Of a stretch of DNA of 64,000 nt, positions 35,755 through 46,259 are shown piece after piece. Position 1 is the first letter of the stretch. Each line of letters opens with the position of its first letter. This stretch comes from Sedimentisphaerales bacterium (GTDB taxonomy: Bacteria; Planctomycetota; Phycisphaerae; Sedimentisphaerales; Anaerobacaceae), in the NCBI GenBank assembly GCA_040772485.1, contig JAXGYC010000007.1:736001-800000 (forward strand), in the 5' to 3' direction. A model generated the notes under the pieces. It searched no databases, was not told where the DNA came from, and worked only from the letters and a program-made list of their open reading frames with translations. Position numbers and translations under genes: made by a program.

Positions 35755-37443
35755 CTACTTGCCCAGTTGCGCGGGATAGTAATACCCCATCGTCTGGGCC
35801 ACCACACCCAGGCGATACTGATGATCGGTCAGCAGAGAGAGACGCCTCTCGTGCGTCGGGATCGTCGTCGTGTAGATGCGCAGCTCGCCCGGAACGCTCG
35901 TGACAACCTCTTCGCGGTGGTCGCCCAGGCAGTCCATCACGACGATCACGCGGCCCTCGATCGGCTGGATAGTGGGACCGTTCCACTTCTGGATCGAGCG
36001 GCCGAAGATGACCTCCTTCTGCGGATCGGCGTCCCACCACAGCGGCCGGGGTGTCAGGGGCCGCTCTCCGTTGGCTTCGATCAACTCGCCCGAGGCGCTG
36101 TAGAGCCAGCGCTTCGGATAGTCGCGTTCCCCCGCCAGCACCTCCATGCCGGGATGCTCGGCGAGCACGTCGCCGGCCATGCCCTGGCCGTGCAGATGGA
36201 ACGTCGGCTCCTTGTGCGTCCAGAGCTTGCGCCCGGTCCGCGCGTCCACCACGCACATCCCGTCGGTCTGCTGACGCGACTCAAACCCATAGAAGATCTC
36301 CAGGCCGGGATTGGACGGATCGACGTCCGCGACGTAACAGACGTCCGGATGGCCCATGGCGAGCGACCAGAGGCCCTTGCCGTTGTCGTCGAGGACGGCG
36401 GCGCCGAGGACCAGCTCATCGCGACCATCCCGATCCACGTCGGCCGTGATCAGGCCGTGCGAACCCTGCCCTCCGTACTTCGTCTGCTCCTGCGTCGAGT
36501 CCCAATACCAGAGCCGGCGGAGGTCCTTGTCGAGGGCCTGAACCTTGATCAGGTTGTACGTGCCCCGCTGCATGACCAGCGAGGCCGTCTTGCCGTCGAA
36601 ATACGCGACGGCCAGGAAATTGCGGCAGTAATAGTTGTAGTCGGGGAACCCGTCCCGGCTGAGCCAGTCGGTCCGCGCCACGATGCGTCCGGTCTGGCCA
36701 TCGAGCTTGATCAGGTATTCGGGACCGGTCTGCACGAGGCCCTTCTCGTCGCGCGGGTCGCCTTCGCCCGCCCTGCAGTAGACCTCCGCCTTGCCGTCAC
36801 CATCCACGTCGTAAACCACCCACGGCGAGTACCAGATGCCCGCCTCGATCGACCAGCCCATGTCGTGGCGCCACAGGAGCGTGCCGTCCTGACGGTAGGC
36901 CTCGATCTTGTAGGTGGTGGTGCTCGGCTTCCAGTAGCCCGGCCGCTGATAGGGGTCGGTGTTGAAATTCGGCTGCTTGATGACGAATTCGAGCGAGCTG
37001 TCCCCATCGAGGTCGCCGATGCCCACCTTCTGGAAGTCGTGGTCGCCCGCCAGCGGAATGCGGATGCAGGGCGGCGCATCCTTCCGGATCGTGACGTTGG
37101 CGGTTTCCTTGACAGGCGTGCCTTCCTGCGCGTGTACGCGAAGCTCGTAGCGCCGCTCGGACGCCGCCGGACCCCACGGGCTTGTGTCGACGAAATTCGT
37201 CAATCGCTGCGGCGTCTCAGCAAGCCGGACCTCGGACGACGAGCCGTCCTGGCGAGCGAGCGAGAAGCAGGTCTCTTCGGTATCCGCCGCCAGCAGTCGC
37301 CAACTGAGAAAGACCGATCCATCTTCGCGCGGCACGGCGACCAGCCCTCGATCCAGACGCTCGGCCCCGCCGCAAACGAGACAGAACAGCAGAACGATCA
37401 GCGCCACGACAACCGCTCGATATATCTCTCGTGCGTGCTTCAT
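35755..37443 (-). CDS. Secreted rhamnogalacturonan lyase-like protein (PL11, YesW/YesX-like)
   Basis: Signal peptide; ERLDRGLVAV, FLSWRLL, GDLDGD, VYDVDGDGKAEV, ADVDRDGRDE, D.QYRLGV..Q..GY. Confidence 0.8.
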   Translation of the reverse strand: MKHAREIYRAVVVALIVLLFCLVCGGAERLDRGLVAVPREDGSVFLSWRLLAADTEETCFSLARQDGSSSEVRLAETPQRLTNFVDTSPWGPAASERRYELRVHAQEGTPVKETANVTIRKDAPPCIRIPLAGDHDFQKVGIGDLDGDSSLEFVIKQPNFNTDPYQRPGYWKPSTTTYKIEAYRQDGTLLWRHDMGWSIEAGIWYSPWVVYDVDGDGKAEVYCRAGEGDPRDEKGLVQTGPEYLIKLDGQTGRIVARTDWLSRDGFPDYNYYCRNFLAVAYFDGKTASLVMQRGTYNLIKVQALDKDLRRLWYWDSTQEQTKYGGQGSHGLITADVDRDGRDELVLGAAVLDDNGKGLWSLAMGHPDVCYVADVDPSNPGLEIFYGFESRQQTDGMCVVDARTGRKLWTHKEPTFHLHGQGMAGDVLAEHPGMEVLAGERDYPKRWLYSASGELIEANGERPLTPRPLWWDADPQKEVIFGRSIQKWNGPTIQPIEGRVIVVMDCLGDHREEVVTSVPGELRIYTTTIPTHERRLSLLTDHQYRLGVVAQTMGYYYPAQLGK

Positions 37444-37466
37444 GTCGGTCTCTCCATTCTACGCCC

Positions 37467-38396
37467 TCATTCGGGCCCGCTCAAATGGTCGTATCCGCCG
37501 GGCAGCAGCTCAACGATCTGCCCATCCGGCATGCGAAGCTGCATCCGGCTGCCTTCGACGATCCGCCCGATTTGCGCAATCGGCGTCGGGTCGTCCCACG
37601 TCTGCAACAACCGCGTGCAATCGTCGGGCGTCAAAGTAAACAGCAGTTCGAAATCCTCTCCATCGTGCAGCGCCGCGGCGAGCGGATCGGCCAGCGTTCT
37701 GGCATCGTCCGAAATCGGAATGCTCGCCGCGTCGAGGATCGCGCCGACGCCGCTCTGCTCGCATATCCGATTGAGGTCCGTGCTCAGGCCGTCGCTGATG
37801 TCCATCATCGAGTGCAGTGTCACCGTCTGCGCCATCCGCAGGGCCTCGCGAATCCGAGGCTCAAACTCCAGGTGCTTTCGCACCAGCGAGCCGCCGAGCG
37901 AGCCGGTCACGCAGACGGCATCGCCGACCTCGGCTCCGTTTCGCCGCACCGGTGGGTTCGTCGACCGCCGGCTGAGCATGGTGACATTCACCGCGAACGG
38001 ATGCTCCTGCCGCCACGACGTGATGTCCCCTCCGATGAGCGGACAGTCGTATTTCTCGGCCGCCTGCGTGATCCCGGCGTGGAGTTCCTTGAGCCGGCGC
38101 GCCCCGAATCCGGGCGGCAGCGCCACCGCCACGACCGCCGCCAGCGGCACGGTCGCCATCGCGGCGCAGTCGCTCAGACTGGCGGCCATGGCCTTGTAGC
38201 CGACCTGTTCGAGCGTCGCGGTCTTCAGATCGAAATGCGAGCCGTCGAGGAGCATGTCAGTGGTGATCAGGACGGAGGCGGCGTCGTTGAGGCGCACCTC
38301 CGCCATGTCGTCCCCGATGCCGATGGGAAACGCGGCCGGATCGATGCGGCTCTGCTGCCGGAACCACGCCGTGATGTCGTCTTCGTGGGGTCTCAT
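37467..38396 (-). CDS. thiL: Thiamine-monophosphate kinase
   Basis: [42 protein letters not shown]. Confidence 0.93.
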   Translation of the reverse strand: MRPHEDDITAWFRQQSRIDPAAFPIGIGDDMAEVRLNDAASVLITTDMLLDGSHFDLKTATLEQVGYKAMAASLSDCAAMATVPLAAVVAVALPPGFGARRLKELHAGITQAAEKYDCPLIGGDITSWRQEHPFAVNVTMLSRRSTNPPVRRNGAEVGDAVCVTGSLGGSLVRKHLEFEPRIREALRMAQTVTLHSMMDISDGLSTDLNRICEQSGVGAILDAASIPISDDARTLADPLAAALHDGEDFELLFTLTPDDCTRLLQTWDDPTPIAQIGRIVEGSRMQLRMPDGQIVELLPGGYDHLSGPE

Positions 38397-39781
38397 CGCT
38401 CGGCGAGATGCTTTTTCCAGTAGGCGACGCGGTCCTTGACCTGCTCGGGCCCGGCGGCGCCGGCCGATGCGTAACGCTCGACCACGTGACGCGCCCCGAG
38501 ATAATCATATACGTCCGTGTCGATCTGCGGGCAGTGCTCCCGGAACGTTTCCAGCGGCACGTCCGACAACGGCCGGCCTTCCTTCTCGCACAGCGACACG
38601 AGCGACCCGACGATGCCGTGCGCCTGGCGGAACGGAACGCCCTTGCCCACCAGGTATTCCGCCAGCGCCGTGGCGTCGAGGAAGCCGGCGTCCAGACCCG
38701 ATGCGATCCTGGCGGTCTTGAATTGCGTGTGCGCCACCACGGCGCGGGCCATCTCCAGCGAAGCGCGGACCGTGTCGGCGGCGGCGAACAGGTGGATCTT
38801 GTCCTCCTGGAGATCACGGTTGTAGCCCGACGGCTGGCCTTTGAGGATCGTGAGCATGCCGACGAGCGCGCCGTACAGCGAGCCGGTCTTGCCTCGCATC
38901 AGTTCGAGCACGTCGGGATTGCGCTTCTGCGGCATCATGCTCGACGATGTACAGAAGGCGTCGTCGATCCGGATGAAATCGAATTCGTTCGAGGAGAACA
39001 GGATCCAATCCTCCGCGAAACGCGACAGGTGCGCACCGATCAGGGCGCAATCGAAGATGAACTCGGCGCAGAAGTCGCGGTCGCTGATCCCGTCGATGCT
39101 GCTGTACGCGATGTCGGCGAAACCCAACTGCCTGGCGGTGCTGACCCGGTCGATGGCCAGCGTCGAGCCGGCGATGGCCCCGCTGCCGAGCGGCGAGACG
39201 TTCAGCAGGTTGCGGCAGTTGGTCAGGCGAGTGAAATCCCGTTCGAGCTGCTCGACGAAACTGAGCAGATAGGCGCCGATGACGATGGGCTGGGCCCGTT
39301 GCAGGTGGGTGTAGGCGGGCATCAGGTCGTTGTCGTGCTTGGCGGCCAGTTGGACGAACGCCTGCTGAAGCTGCACGATCGCGGCCTGCTGGCCCTCGAT
39401 CTCGTCGCGCAGCCACAATCGGACGTCGGTGGCCACCTGATCGTTGCGGCTGCGAGCGGTGTGGAGCTTCTTGCCCGGCTCACCGATTCGCTCGATCAGG
39501 GCAGCCTCGATCGCCATGTGGATGTCTTCGGTGGCCTTGTCGAACCGGAATCGCCCCGCTTCGATCTCTTCGCTGATCTCGATCAGGCCGCTCTTGATGG
39601 CCTTCAGTTCGATCGGTGTGATCAGCTTTCGCTCGGCCAGCATCGTGGCGTGCGCGATGGACCCGACGATGTCGTACTTGTAGAGCCGCGTGTCGTACGA
39701 CAGCGACTCGACGTAGTTGACCGTCAGTTCATCCGGTTTGGCAGCCAGCCGTTTTTCCCAGCTTCGTTGCTTGTCTGTCAT
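38393..39781 (-). CDS. argH: Argininosuccinate lyase
   Basis: [42 protein letters not shown]. Confidence 0.95.
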   Translation of the reverse strand: MTDKQRSWEKRLAAKPDELTVNYVESLSYDTRLYKYDIVGSIAHATMLAERKLITPIELKAIKSGLIEISEEIEAGRFRFDKATEDIHMAIEAALIERIGEPGKKLHTARSRNDQVATDVRLWLRDEIEGQQAAIVQLQQAFVQLAAKHDNDLMPAYTHLQRAQPIVIGAYLLSFVEQLERDFTRLTNCRNLLNVSPLGSGAIAGSTLAIDRVSTARQLGFADIAYSSIDGISDRDFCAEFIFDCALIGAHLSRFAEDWILFSSNEFDFIRIDDAFCTSSSMMPQKRNPDVLELMRGKTGSLYGALVGMLTILKGQPSGYNRDLQEDKIHLFAAADTVRASLEMARAVVAHTQFKTARIASGLDAGFLDATALAEYLVGKGVPFRQAHGIVGSLVSLCEKEGRPLSDVPLETFREHCPQIDTDVYDYLGARHVVERYASAGAAGPEQVKDRVAYWKKHLAER

Positions 39782-39821
39782 GGTAACCACTCCAGCACGA
39801 GAGGTCTTTCCTGGTACGGCG

Positions 39822-41024
39822 TCATTCGCCCTCTGCGCCGAGACGCTCGACCATTCTCCGACCCAACTCGTGACATTGTTCGATTTGTTCGGCCGTTCCT
39901 GCGAATCGGACGTCCACCGTCGGCTCGACCAGTTCGAGCCCGTTGTCCTTGACGAAACCGGCCATCGCCTGGACCGCGCCGCCGGCCCATCCGTGACTGC
40001 CGAACAGACCGACGATGCGTTTGGCGATCCGCTTGGTGCTCAGCAGCCTGAGCAACGCATCCATCGGCGGAAAGACGCTCGCATCGTACGTCGGACAGCC
40101 GAGGACCAGACCTCGATAACGCCAGATGTCCTGGATGAGGTAGGAAACGTGGGTCGTCGAGACGTTGTGCATCCGGACCGACTTGAGTCCCGCGTCGGAC
40201 AGGCCGCGGGCCACTGCCTCGGCCATGATCTGCGTGTTGCCGTACATTGACCCGAAAACCAGCACGACGCCCGGCTCGGCTTCGTAGCGGCTCCAACGGT
40301 CGTAGAGGCTGATGATGTGCTCCGGCCGGCTCCGCCAGATCGGGCCGTGTGTAGCCGCAACCACCTTCACGTTGAGACTGCCCAGCCTTTGGATGGCCTT
40401 CTGCACCATGGGCGAGTATTTGCCGACGATGTTCGAGAAGTAACGGAGGATCTCGTCCTCGAAGTACTCCACGTGAACCTGGTCGTCGAAGATGCCGCCC
40501 TCCAGACATCCGAACCCGCCGAAGGCGTCTCCCGAGAACAGAATCCCGTCGGTGGCCTCGTAGGTCATCATGGTCTCAGGCCAGTGCACCATGGGCGTCA
40601 TGTAGAACCGCAGCTTGCGCCGCCCCAGGCTCAGCTCGTCGCCGTCGTTGACAACCTGAACGTTATCCGCAATCCCGTAGAGGTCCTTGAGGAACTCGGC
40701 CGTCTTCTTGCTGCCGACGATTCTCATGGCCGGGAAGATCCGCCGCAGCACAGGCACGCTGCCGGAGTGATCGGGTTCCATGTGGTTGATCGCGAGATAG
40801 TCGATCTGACGGTCGGGGCCCAGGAGACTCTTCAGTCGCGCCAGGTACTCGTTCACCGAGAGGTCTTTGACCGTGTCGACCAGCAGGGTCTTCTGATCGA
40901 TCAGAAGATAGGAGTTGTACGAGACCCCCCGCGGGATGGGCCAGATCGACTCGAACAGATTCGTCTTCCGGTCATTCATGCCGACCCAGTAGACGCCATC
41001 CGCGATGGGAATTCCGTGTCGCAC
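39822..41024 (-). CDS. fprA: Flavodiiron protein (FprA/A-type flavoprotein)
   Basis: SYNSYL, NHMEPDHSG, VHWPETM, SGDAFG, SMYGNT (flavodoxin loop). GTG start after GGAGG. Confidence 0.9.
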   Translation of the reverse strand: MRHGIPIADGVYWVGMNDRKTNLFESIWPIPRGVSYNSYLLIDQKTLLVDTVKDLSVNEYLARLKSLLGPDRQIDYLAINHMEPDHSGSVPVLRRIFPAMRIVGSKKTAEFLKDLYGIADNVQVVNDGDELSLGRRKLRFYMTPMVHWPETMMTYEATDGILFSGDAFGGFGCLEGGIFDDQVHVEYFEDEILRYFSNIVGKYSPMVQKAIQRLGSLNVKVVAATHGPIWRSRPEHIISLYDRWSRYEAEPGVVLVFGSMYGNTQIMAEAVARGLSDAGLKSVRMHNVSTTHVSYLIQDIWRYRGLVLGCPTYDASVFPPMDALLRLLSTKRIAKRIVGLFGSHGWAGGAVQAMAGFVKDNGLELVEPTVDVRFAGTAEQIEQCHELGRRMVERLGAEGE

Positions 41025-41113
41025 CGCATTGCCTCCTGTCTGAAAATGCGGATTTGCTGTCGTCGTCGCGCGGCGCGTGTACACGCGCGCCACAGCCGGA
41101 CTCTGCGAGCGTC

Positions 41114-41142
41114 ACGATAGCGGAAACAAGAGACAGGGTCAA
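41114..41142 (-). promoter_or_regulatory. sigma70-like promoter (fprA-argH-thiL)
   Basis: TTGACC-N17-TATCGT. Confidence 0.55.
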
Positions 41143-41277
41143 ACAAAACCGCCCTCCGGCGAAGCCGGCGGCCGGTACGGGGTTGCGGGACGGCGGCCTT
41201 GACCGTATCCTGGCGGTTTGCTCGCGCCGCTGCGGGTCGAAATCATGTAGGCAAGAGAGAATATGGATGAGGCAATC

Positions 41278-42441
41278 ATGGCATCACTTCTGATAAGAAA
41301 CTGCAGGCGATACGATGCCCCCCCCACCGATGGGCACAGCAATGTGCTCGTACAGGACGGCTGCATCACCTGGATCGGCGCCGGCCAGCCCCCTGTGGCG
41401 CCCGAGCAGGTGCTCGACGCCGGTGGCCGGCTCCTGGCGCCGGGATTCATCGACGTACACATTCAGGGCGCCGGCGGCGCCGACGTCCTGGACGCCACGC
41501 CGGCGGCGCTGGCGGCGATCGCCAAGGCGTGTGCCCGCTCCGGCGTCACCTCCTACCTGGCGACGACGGTCTACAAGATCGGTCAGGAGAATCGGCATCT
41601 GGAAGTCGCCTCCGAATGCATCGGCCGCGACCTCGGGGGCGCCCGCCTGCTCGGCATCCACCTTGAGGGCCCCTTCATCTCTCTGCGCAAGCGGGGCATG
41701 ATCCAACCCGATTGCCTGATGGACCCGAGCCCCTTGGCCCTGGAGGCGATTCTGGCCAGGACCGGCGACGGCCTTGCCATGATGACGATCGCCCCGGAAC
41801 TGCCCGGAGGACTGGAGGTGGTCAGGACCCTGGCGGATCGCGGCATCGTCGCTTCGCTGGGTCACACTCACGCGACCTACGACGAGGCGCTTGCCGGGTT
41901 CGACGCAGGAATCAACCATGTGACCCATCTGTTCAATGCGATGCCCTCTCTGCATCACCGGGACCCCGGCCCTCTGGGGGCGATCTTCGAGCGCGCGGAC
42001 GTGACGGTTCAGGCGATCACCGACGGCGTGCACATCCATCCCTCGGTCCTGCGGCTGGCCTTTGAGGCCCTGGGCCCGAGTCGATTCGTCACCATCACGG
42101 ACGGCATGCAGGCGCTGGGCCTGCCCGATGGGCGATACATCTACAACGGGATTCCGTACGAAACCCGAAACGGGGCGGCCCGATACAAAGACGGCACGCT
42201 TATTGGAACCGCCGTGGGCCTCAATCAGATGCTGGCTCGCCTGGGGGCTTTCACCGGGTGTTCGGTGGCGACGGCGATCCGCACGGTGACGGAGAACGCC
42301 GCATCTGTCCTGGGACTTGCCAAGACGGCCGGATCGATCCAGACGGGATATGATGCGGACCTGGTGCTCCTCGACGAGGACCTGTCGGTCTGGGCGACGC
42401 TCGTGGGCGGTCGGATCGTCTATCAGCGGAACGGCGATTGA
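41278..42441 (+). CDS. nagA: N-acetylglucosamine-6-phosphate deacetylase
   Basis: PGFIDVHIQG, HLEGPFI, APE, GHT, THLFNAM, DGVH, ITD. Confidence 0.92.
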   Translation: MASLLIRNCRRYDAPPTDGHSNVLVQDGCITWIGAGQPPVAPEQVLDAGGRLLAPGFIDVHIQGAGGADVLDATPAALAAIAKACARSGVTSYLATTVYKIGQENRHLEVASECIGRDLGGARLLGIHLEGPFISLRKRGMIQPDCLMDPSPLALEAILARTGDGLAMMTIAPELPGGLEVVRTLADRGIVASLGHTHATYDEALAGFDAGINHVTHLFNAMPSLHHRDPGPLGAIFERADVTVQAITDGVHIHPSVLRLAFEALGPSRFVTITDGMQALGLPDGRYIYNGIPYETRNGAARYKDGTLIGTAVGLNQMLARLGAFTGCSVATAIRTVTENAASVLGLAKTAGSIQTGYDADLVLLDEDLSVWATLVGGRIVYQRNGD

Positions 42442-42444
42442 GCA

Positions 42445-43485
42445 TCAGGACGCGGCTGCGACGTCGGCGAGCACCAAGAGGGCTTCGTCGATGTCGTTCC
42501 GCTCGATGCCGTAGTGTGTGACCGCTCGAACCCGGCCGGGCCCCGAGCAGAGCATCTTCACACCTCGTTCGGCCAGCCGCGACACGAGCGCCTCGGCCGA
42601 CAGCCCTTCGCGCACCACGTCGAAGTACACGATGTTGGTCTGCACGCCAGCCAGGTCGACCTCCAGTCCGGGCAAGCCCGCAATGCCTTGAGCGAGGCGG
42701 GCGGCATTGTCGTGGTCGTCCCGAATTCTGTCGATCATCGTCTCCAGCGCCACAATGCCCGCCGCCGCGATGATTCCCGCCTGCCGCATGCCGCCGCCGA
42801 GAATCTTGCGGGTGCGCCGCGCCTCGTCGATTAACCGCTTCGAGCCACAGATGACCGAGCCGATCGGCGCAGCCAGTCCTTTCGACAGGCAGACGCTCAC
42901 GGAATCGACCGCCTGCGTAAGGGCCTTGACGTCGACGCCCAACGCGACAGCCGCGTTGAAGATCCGCGCCCCGTCGAGGTGAAGCGACAGGCCATGCTCT
43001 CGGGCCAGGGCCGCCACGGCTTGCGTGTATTCCGCCGACAGGACCGCCCCGCCGCATCGATTCTGCGTGTTCTCCAGGCAGATCAGACGCGTTCGCGGAA
43101 AGTGCACGTTGTCCGGGCGGATCGCCGCGCGGATGTCCTCCAGACGCAGCGTTCCATCACGCTGATTTGGAACCGTGTGCGGGTGGATGCCCCCAAGGGC
43201 GCTGATTCCGCCGGCCTCATAGTAGAATGTGTGTGACTGGTCCCCGAGGATCACTTCGTCGCCCCGGCCGCAGTGCGTCAGAACACAGACGAGGTTGCCC
43301 ATCGTTCCGCTGGCGACCAGCAGAGCGGCCTCCTTGCCGACCAGATCGGCCAGTCTCCGCTCCAACCGTTGCACCGTCGGGTCTTCGCCGAATACGTCGT
43401 CCCCGAGTTCGGCCTCATAGATCGCCTGCCTCATCTGAGGCGACGGCAGCGTCACGGTGTCGCTTCGCAGATCAATCGTCTTCAT
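42445..43485 (-). CDS. ltaE: Low-specificity L-threonine aldolase
   Basis: IDLRSDTVT, GDDVFGEDPT, SGTMGN, HLDGARIFNA, CLSKGL (PLP Lys), GGGMRQAG. Confidence 0.93.
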   Translation of the reverse strand: MKTIDLRSDTVTLPSPQMRQAIYEAELGDDVFGEDPTVQRLERRLADLVGKEAALLVASGTMGNLVCVLTHCGRGDEVILGDQSHTFYYEAGGISALGGIHPHTVPNQRDGTLRLEDIRAAIRPDNVHFPRTRLICLENTQNRCGGAVLSAEYTQAVAALAREHGLSLHLDGARIFNAAVALGVDVKALTQAVDSVSVCLSKGLAAPIGSVICGSKRLIDEARRTRKILGGGMRQAGIIAAAGIVALETMIDRIRDDHDNAARLAQGIAGLPGLEVDLAGVQTNIVYFDVVREGLSAEALVSRLAERGVKMLCSGPGRVRAVTHYGIERNDIDEALLVLADVAAAS

Positions 43486-43538
43486 ATTCCGGCTGCCCGT
43501 CATCGTATGGAATTCGCCATGCCTTGTTGCGAACACGG

Positions 43539-43567
43539 ACGATAGCAGTCCCGGCCCGTCCTGTCAA
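43539..43567 (-). promoter_or_regulatory. sigma70-like promoter (ltaE)
   Basis: TTGACA-N17-TATCGT. Confidence 0.6.
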
Positions 43568-43652
43568 TCCGCCCCTCCGCAACGGCGCGACGGGTTGCGG
43601 GCCGCGTCTTTTTTCGCTTTGGGCCGGGCCGGACACGGCGTAGGATGGTGGC

Positions 43653-43892
43653 ATGCTGATTGTAGCACGGACTATGTACATCCTGGGCGGCTTTCTCATC
43701 CTGGGATCGCTGGCCGCTCATATCTACGCCAGGATCTGGCTGCGTCCCCGCAACGACTCCGAGCTGGACGAGATCTACTATGAGTTTGAGGACGAGGACC
43801 CTGGATACGCGAGATACTCTCGCTGGCTCAAGGCGACCGTAGCCGCAGGCGCCCTGGGGTTGCTGCTGATGTTCGTGGCGGTGGCCATATAG
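43653..43892 (+). CDS. Small two-TM membrane protein with acidic loop
   Basis: 79 aa; two hydrophobic helices flanking DSELDEIYYEFEDEDP. Confidence 0.65.
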   Translation: MLIVARTMYILGGFLILGSLAAHIYARIWLRPRNDSELDEIYYEFEDEDPGYARYSRWLKATVAAGALGLLLMFVAVAI

Positions 43893-43913
43893 GATGGGCT
43901 TTGGCCCATGCGG
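43890..43913. repeat. GTAG-type REP-like hairpin overlapping the upstream stop codon
   Basis: taggatgggctttggcccatgcgg; near-identical to 2116-2139. Confidence 0.6.
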
Positions 43914-44054
43914 CGGAGATTCGCGAGGATTCCATGAAACGGCAGAGGCGAACGCTCCGCGGGAAGCGTCCGCCTCGTGTTTCTTTCATTGCCCCGTGGT
44001 GACGAATTATCCGATTCGGACCGGCGACATCCTGTCGATGGTTTGCGATCGGCT

Positions 44055-44369
44055 CTATTCGAATGCGATACCCAGACCGATGACAGCGTCTTTGAGCGTG
44101 GCCTGGCGGTCGACTCTGACGACGCGTCCTCTCTTGATCCGAGCGAACTGCCCTTTCTTCTCGGCCAACTCATCTGTCCGCGGGAAGTTCAACTCGACCA
44201 CAGAGCCCCGACGAATCGGCGTGGTCATTGGAACCGTAATGAAGACTCCCACTTTGCTTATGTTGGCGCTGCGGCCGTTGAAAAAGCGGCCCGCATCGGG
44301 AAGCCACACGCTGACCGGCCACGACAGATCCGTCCGAATCTCCCTGCGTTGTTCCACTGACGTCTCCAT
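44055..44369 (-). CDS. Stand-alone PilZ domain protein
   Basis: QRREIR (RxxxR) and NISKVG (D/NxSxxG); GRVVRV...GLGIAF. Confidence 0.88.
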   Translation of the reverse strand: METSVEQRREIRTDLSWPVSVWLPDAGRFFNGRSANISKVGVFITVPMTTPIRRGSVVELNFPRTDELAEKKGQFARIKRGRVVRVDRQATLKDAVIGLGIAFE

Positions 44370-44769
44370 TGTCTGTGTCTCCTTTCTGAGCGGGTATTCC
44401 AACACAGGGCATTATCGCCAATGTGAATATAGGTGGTTTAGTTCAAACAGTAAGAATTTTGACGATTGTGATCGCTTTTCAGTTCGTATGGTATAGCGGA
44501 CATGGTCGGCCCATATTATCGGGCCGGAACGAGGTTTTTCTTCTGGCCGATACCTGCTTCCGCCCAGATTCATGTTATCGGGCCTGGACAGCCCCCTGAT
44601 GCACCGCCAACCGCTCTGCCGGGCTTGTCAGCGGCAAGCAGAACAGCAGAACCTGGCGAAGTCCTGATGATACCGGACGTATCCGATTCCGGTCGCAGGC
44701 AATGGAGCCATCCCGGACCGGATCGCGCACGCGTTCGAGACGATTTGACGACTGTATGGAGAATGCCGG

Positions 44770-44797
44770 TTAAGGCGCCGTGCCCTGAGGCCGACAT
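44770..44797 (+). promoter_or_regulatory. sigma28-like promoter upstream of the second GspE-family ATPase
   Basis: TTAAG-N15-GCCGACAT. Confidence 0.58.
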
Positions 44798-44893
44798 AGC
44801 GTGCAGGCCGGGCGGCCCGTGCGGGTCCGGCCCTCGAACAAGACGGCCGATGGATTCTTGGCAGATCAAGGCCCAGTTGAAGGAGCATCCGGC

Positions 44894-46165
44894 ATGGCCC
44901 AGGCATGTGGAATCAGCAGTGCGACGGACCGCAGCAAGAACAACCAGACCTCCTACCCCGACCTTCTGCACACCCTCGTGTGGAACGCCATCATGGACAA
45001 TGCCACCGATGTGCACCTGCACTGTGTAGATGAAGGAGTCCGCGTCATCCACCGGGTCGACGGCGTGATCGTTCCGAAGGCTGTGCTGCCGTTGATGGAA
45101 GGCCGGCGTCTGCTGAACCAGCTCAAGAGCGCCGCCGGTCTGACCGTCGTCCGTTCGTTCGCGCCTCTGGAGGGCCAGATGGACTGGCACGATGAGGATA
45201 CCACATGGGAGATCCGCGTGACGCTGACACCCGTCCGCGAGCGCGAATCGGCGCACCTGCGACTGCTGAGCGCGCCCAGGGACAGTTGGGACCTCTGCGG
45301 CCTGGGCTTTTCCACTACCGATCGCGACAGGATTGCCTCAACGGTCCGTTCGCTCAGCGGCCTGGTTCTGGTGACCGGCCCGACCGGATCGGGCAAAACG
45401 ACCACGATGTACGGACTGGCGTCGCTGACCGACCTGCGAACCACGACGACCTATTCCATCGAGGACCCTGTAGAATTCAAGCTGCCTTTCGCCCAGCAGA
45501 TCGAGGTGGACGAGCAACACGGTCTGACGATGCACGAGGGTCTGCGCACGATCCTGCGGATGGACCCCGACCTGATCCTGATCGGCGAGATTCGCGACAA
45601 GGACTCGGCGATCGTGGCGGCCCGGGCGGCGCTGTCGGGCCGGCTGGTGCTGGCGACGATTCACGCGCGGGACGCCGCCGGAGCGGTCGACGCCCTGCAC
45701 TATCTGGGCGTTCCGCACCACATTATCGGCAGCTCCCTGCGGCTGGTGATCGCCCAGAACCTCCTGCGGCAGGTGTGCGGCCAGTGTGCCCAGCCGCGAG
45801 AGCTGGACGAGAATGAGACAGACGTGTTCGCGCGGCTCGGCATGAACGCTCCCAAAGAGCTGCTGCACCCGGGCAGTTGCGCCGAGTGCGGCTGGTACGG
45901 CTACAAGGGACGTACCGGAATCTTCGAAGTCGCACCGGTTGACGACGAGGTCGGCGCCCTGATCAGCGCGGGCGCTCGCCATCGTGAACTCGTCGAAAGA
46001 CTCCGCGCCAAAGGCATCCGGTCGATGACCCAGGACGGCCTGGCCAAGGTCGCCGCCGGGATCACCACGATGGAAGAGATCTTCCGTATCAACGCCTACG
46101 CCCGAAGCGAAGAACCCACCGGGCAGAAGGACAATGCCGAACCGGTCGAAGCGTCGGTAGGTTAG
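44894..46165 (+). CDS. GspE/PilB-family ATPase lacking the N1/MshEN domain
   Basis: ATDVHL, RVDG, GPTGSGKTTT, EDPVE, LRMDPDLILIGEIRD, ATIH, CGQC...CAEC; AAGGAG RBS. Confidence 0.9.
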   Translation: MAQACGISSATDRSKNNQTSYPDLLHTLVWNAIMDNATDVHLHCVDEGVRVIHRVDGVIVPKAVLPLMEGRRLLNQLKSAAGLTVVRSFAPLEGQMDWHDEDTTWEIRVTLTPVRERESAHLRLLSAPRDSWDLCGLGFSTTDRDRIASTVRSLSGLVLVTGPTGSGKTTTMYGLASLTDLRTTTTYSIEDPVEFKLPFAQQIEVDEQHGLTMHEGLRTILRMDPDLILIGEIRDKDSAIVAARAALSGRLVLATIHARDAAGAVDALHYLGVPHHIIGSSLRLVIAQNLLRQVCGQCAQPRELDENETDVFARLGMNAPKELLHPGSCAECGWYGYKGRTGIFEVAPVDDEVGALISAGARHRELVERLRAKGIRSMTQDGLAKVAAGITTMEEIFRINAYARSEEPTGQKDNAEPVEASVG

Positions 46166-46259
46166 GCGGGGATTGGACCACCGCTGCGATTCTTGAGCAA
46201 ACCCCCTCAACGGTCCGAGCGTATGGACCCAAGGCATTACCGCCCTTGGGGGTTGGTAC

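Noticed and set aside
44516..44599. Two extra CCCGATAA boxes upstream of pilZ as sigma28 promoters
   Set aside because: The -10-like boxes are good but -35 matches are poor or mis-spaced (AGAAG-N16; TCAGG-N12), so they are not called.
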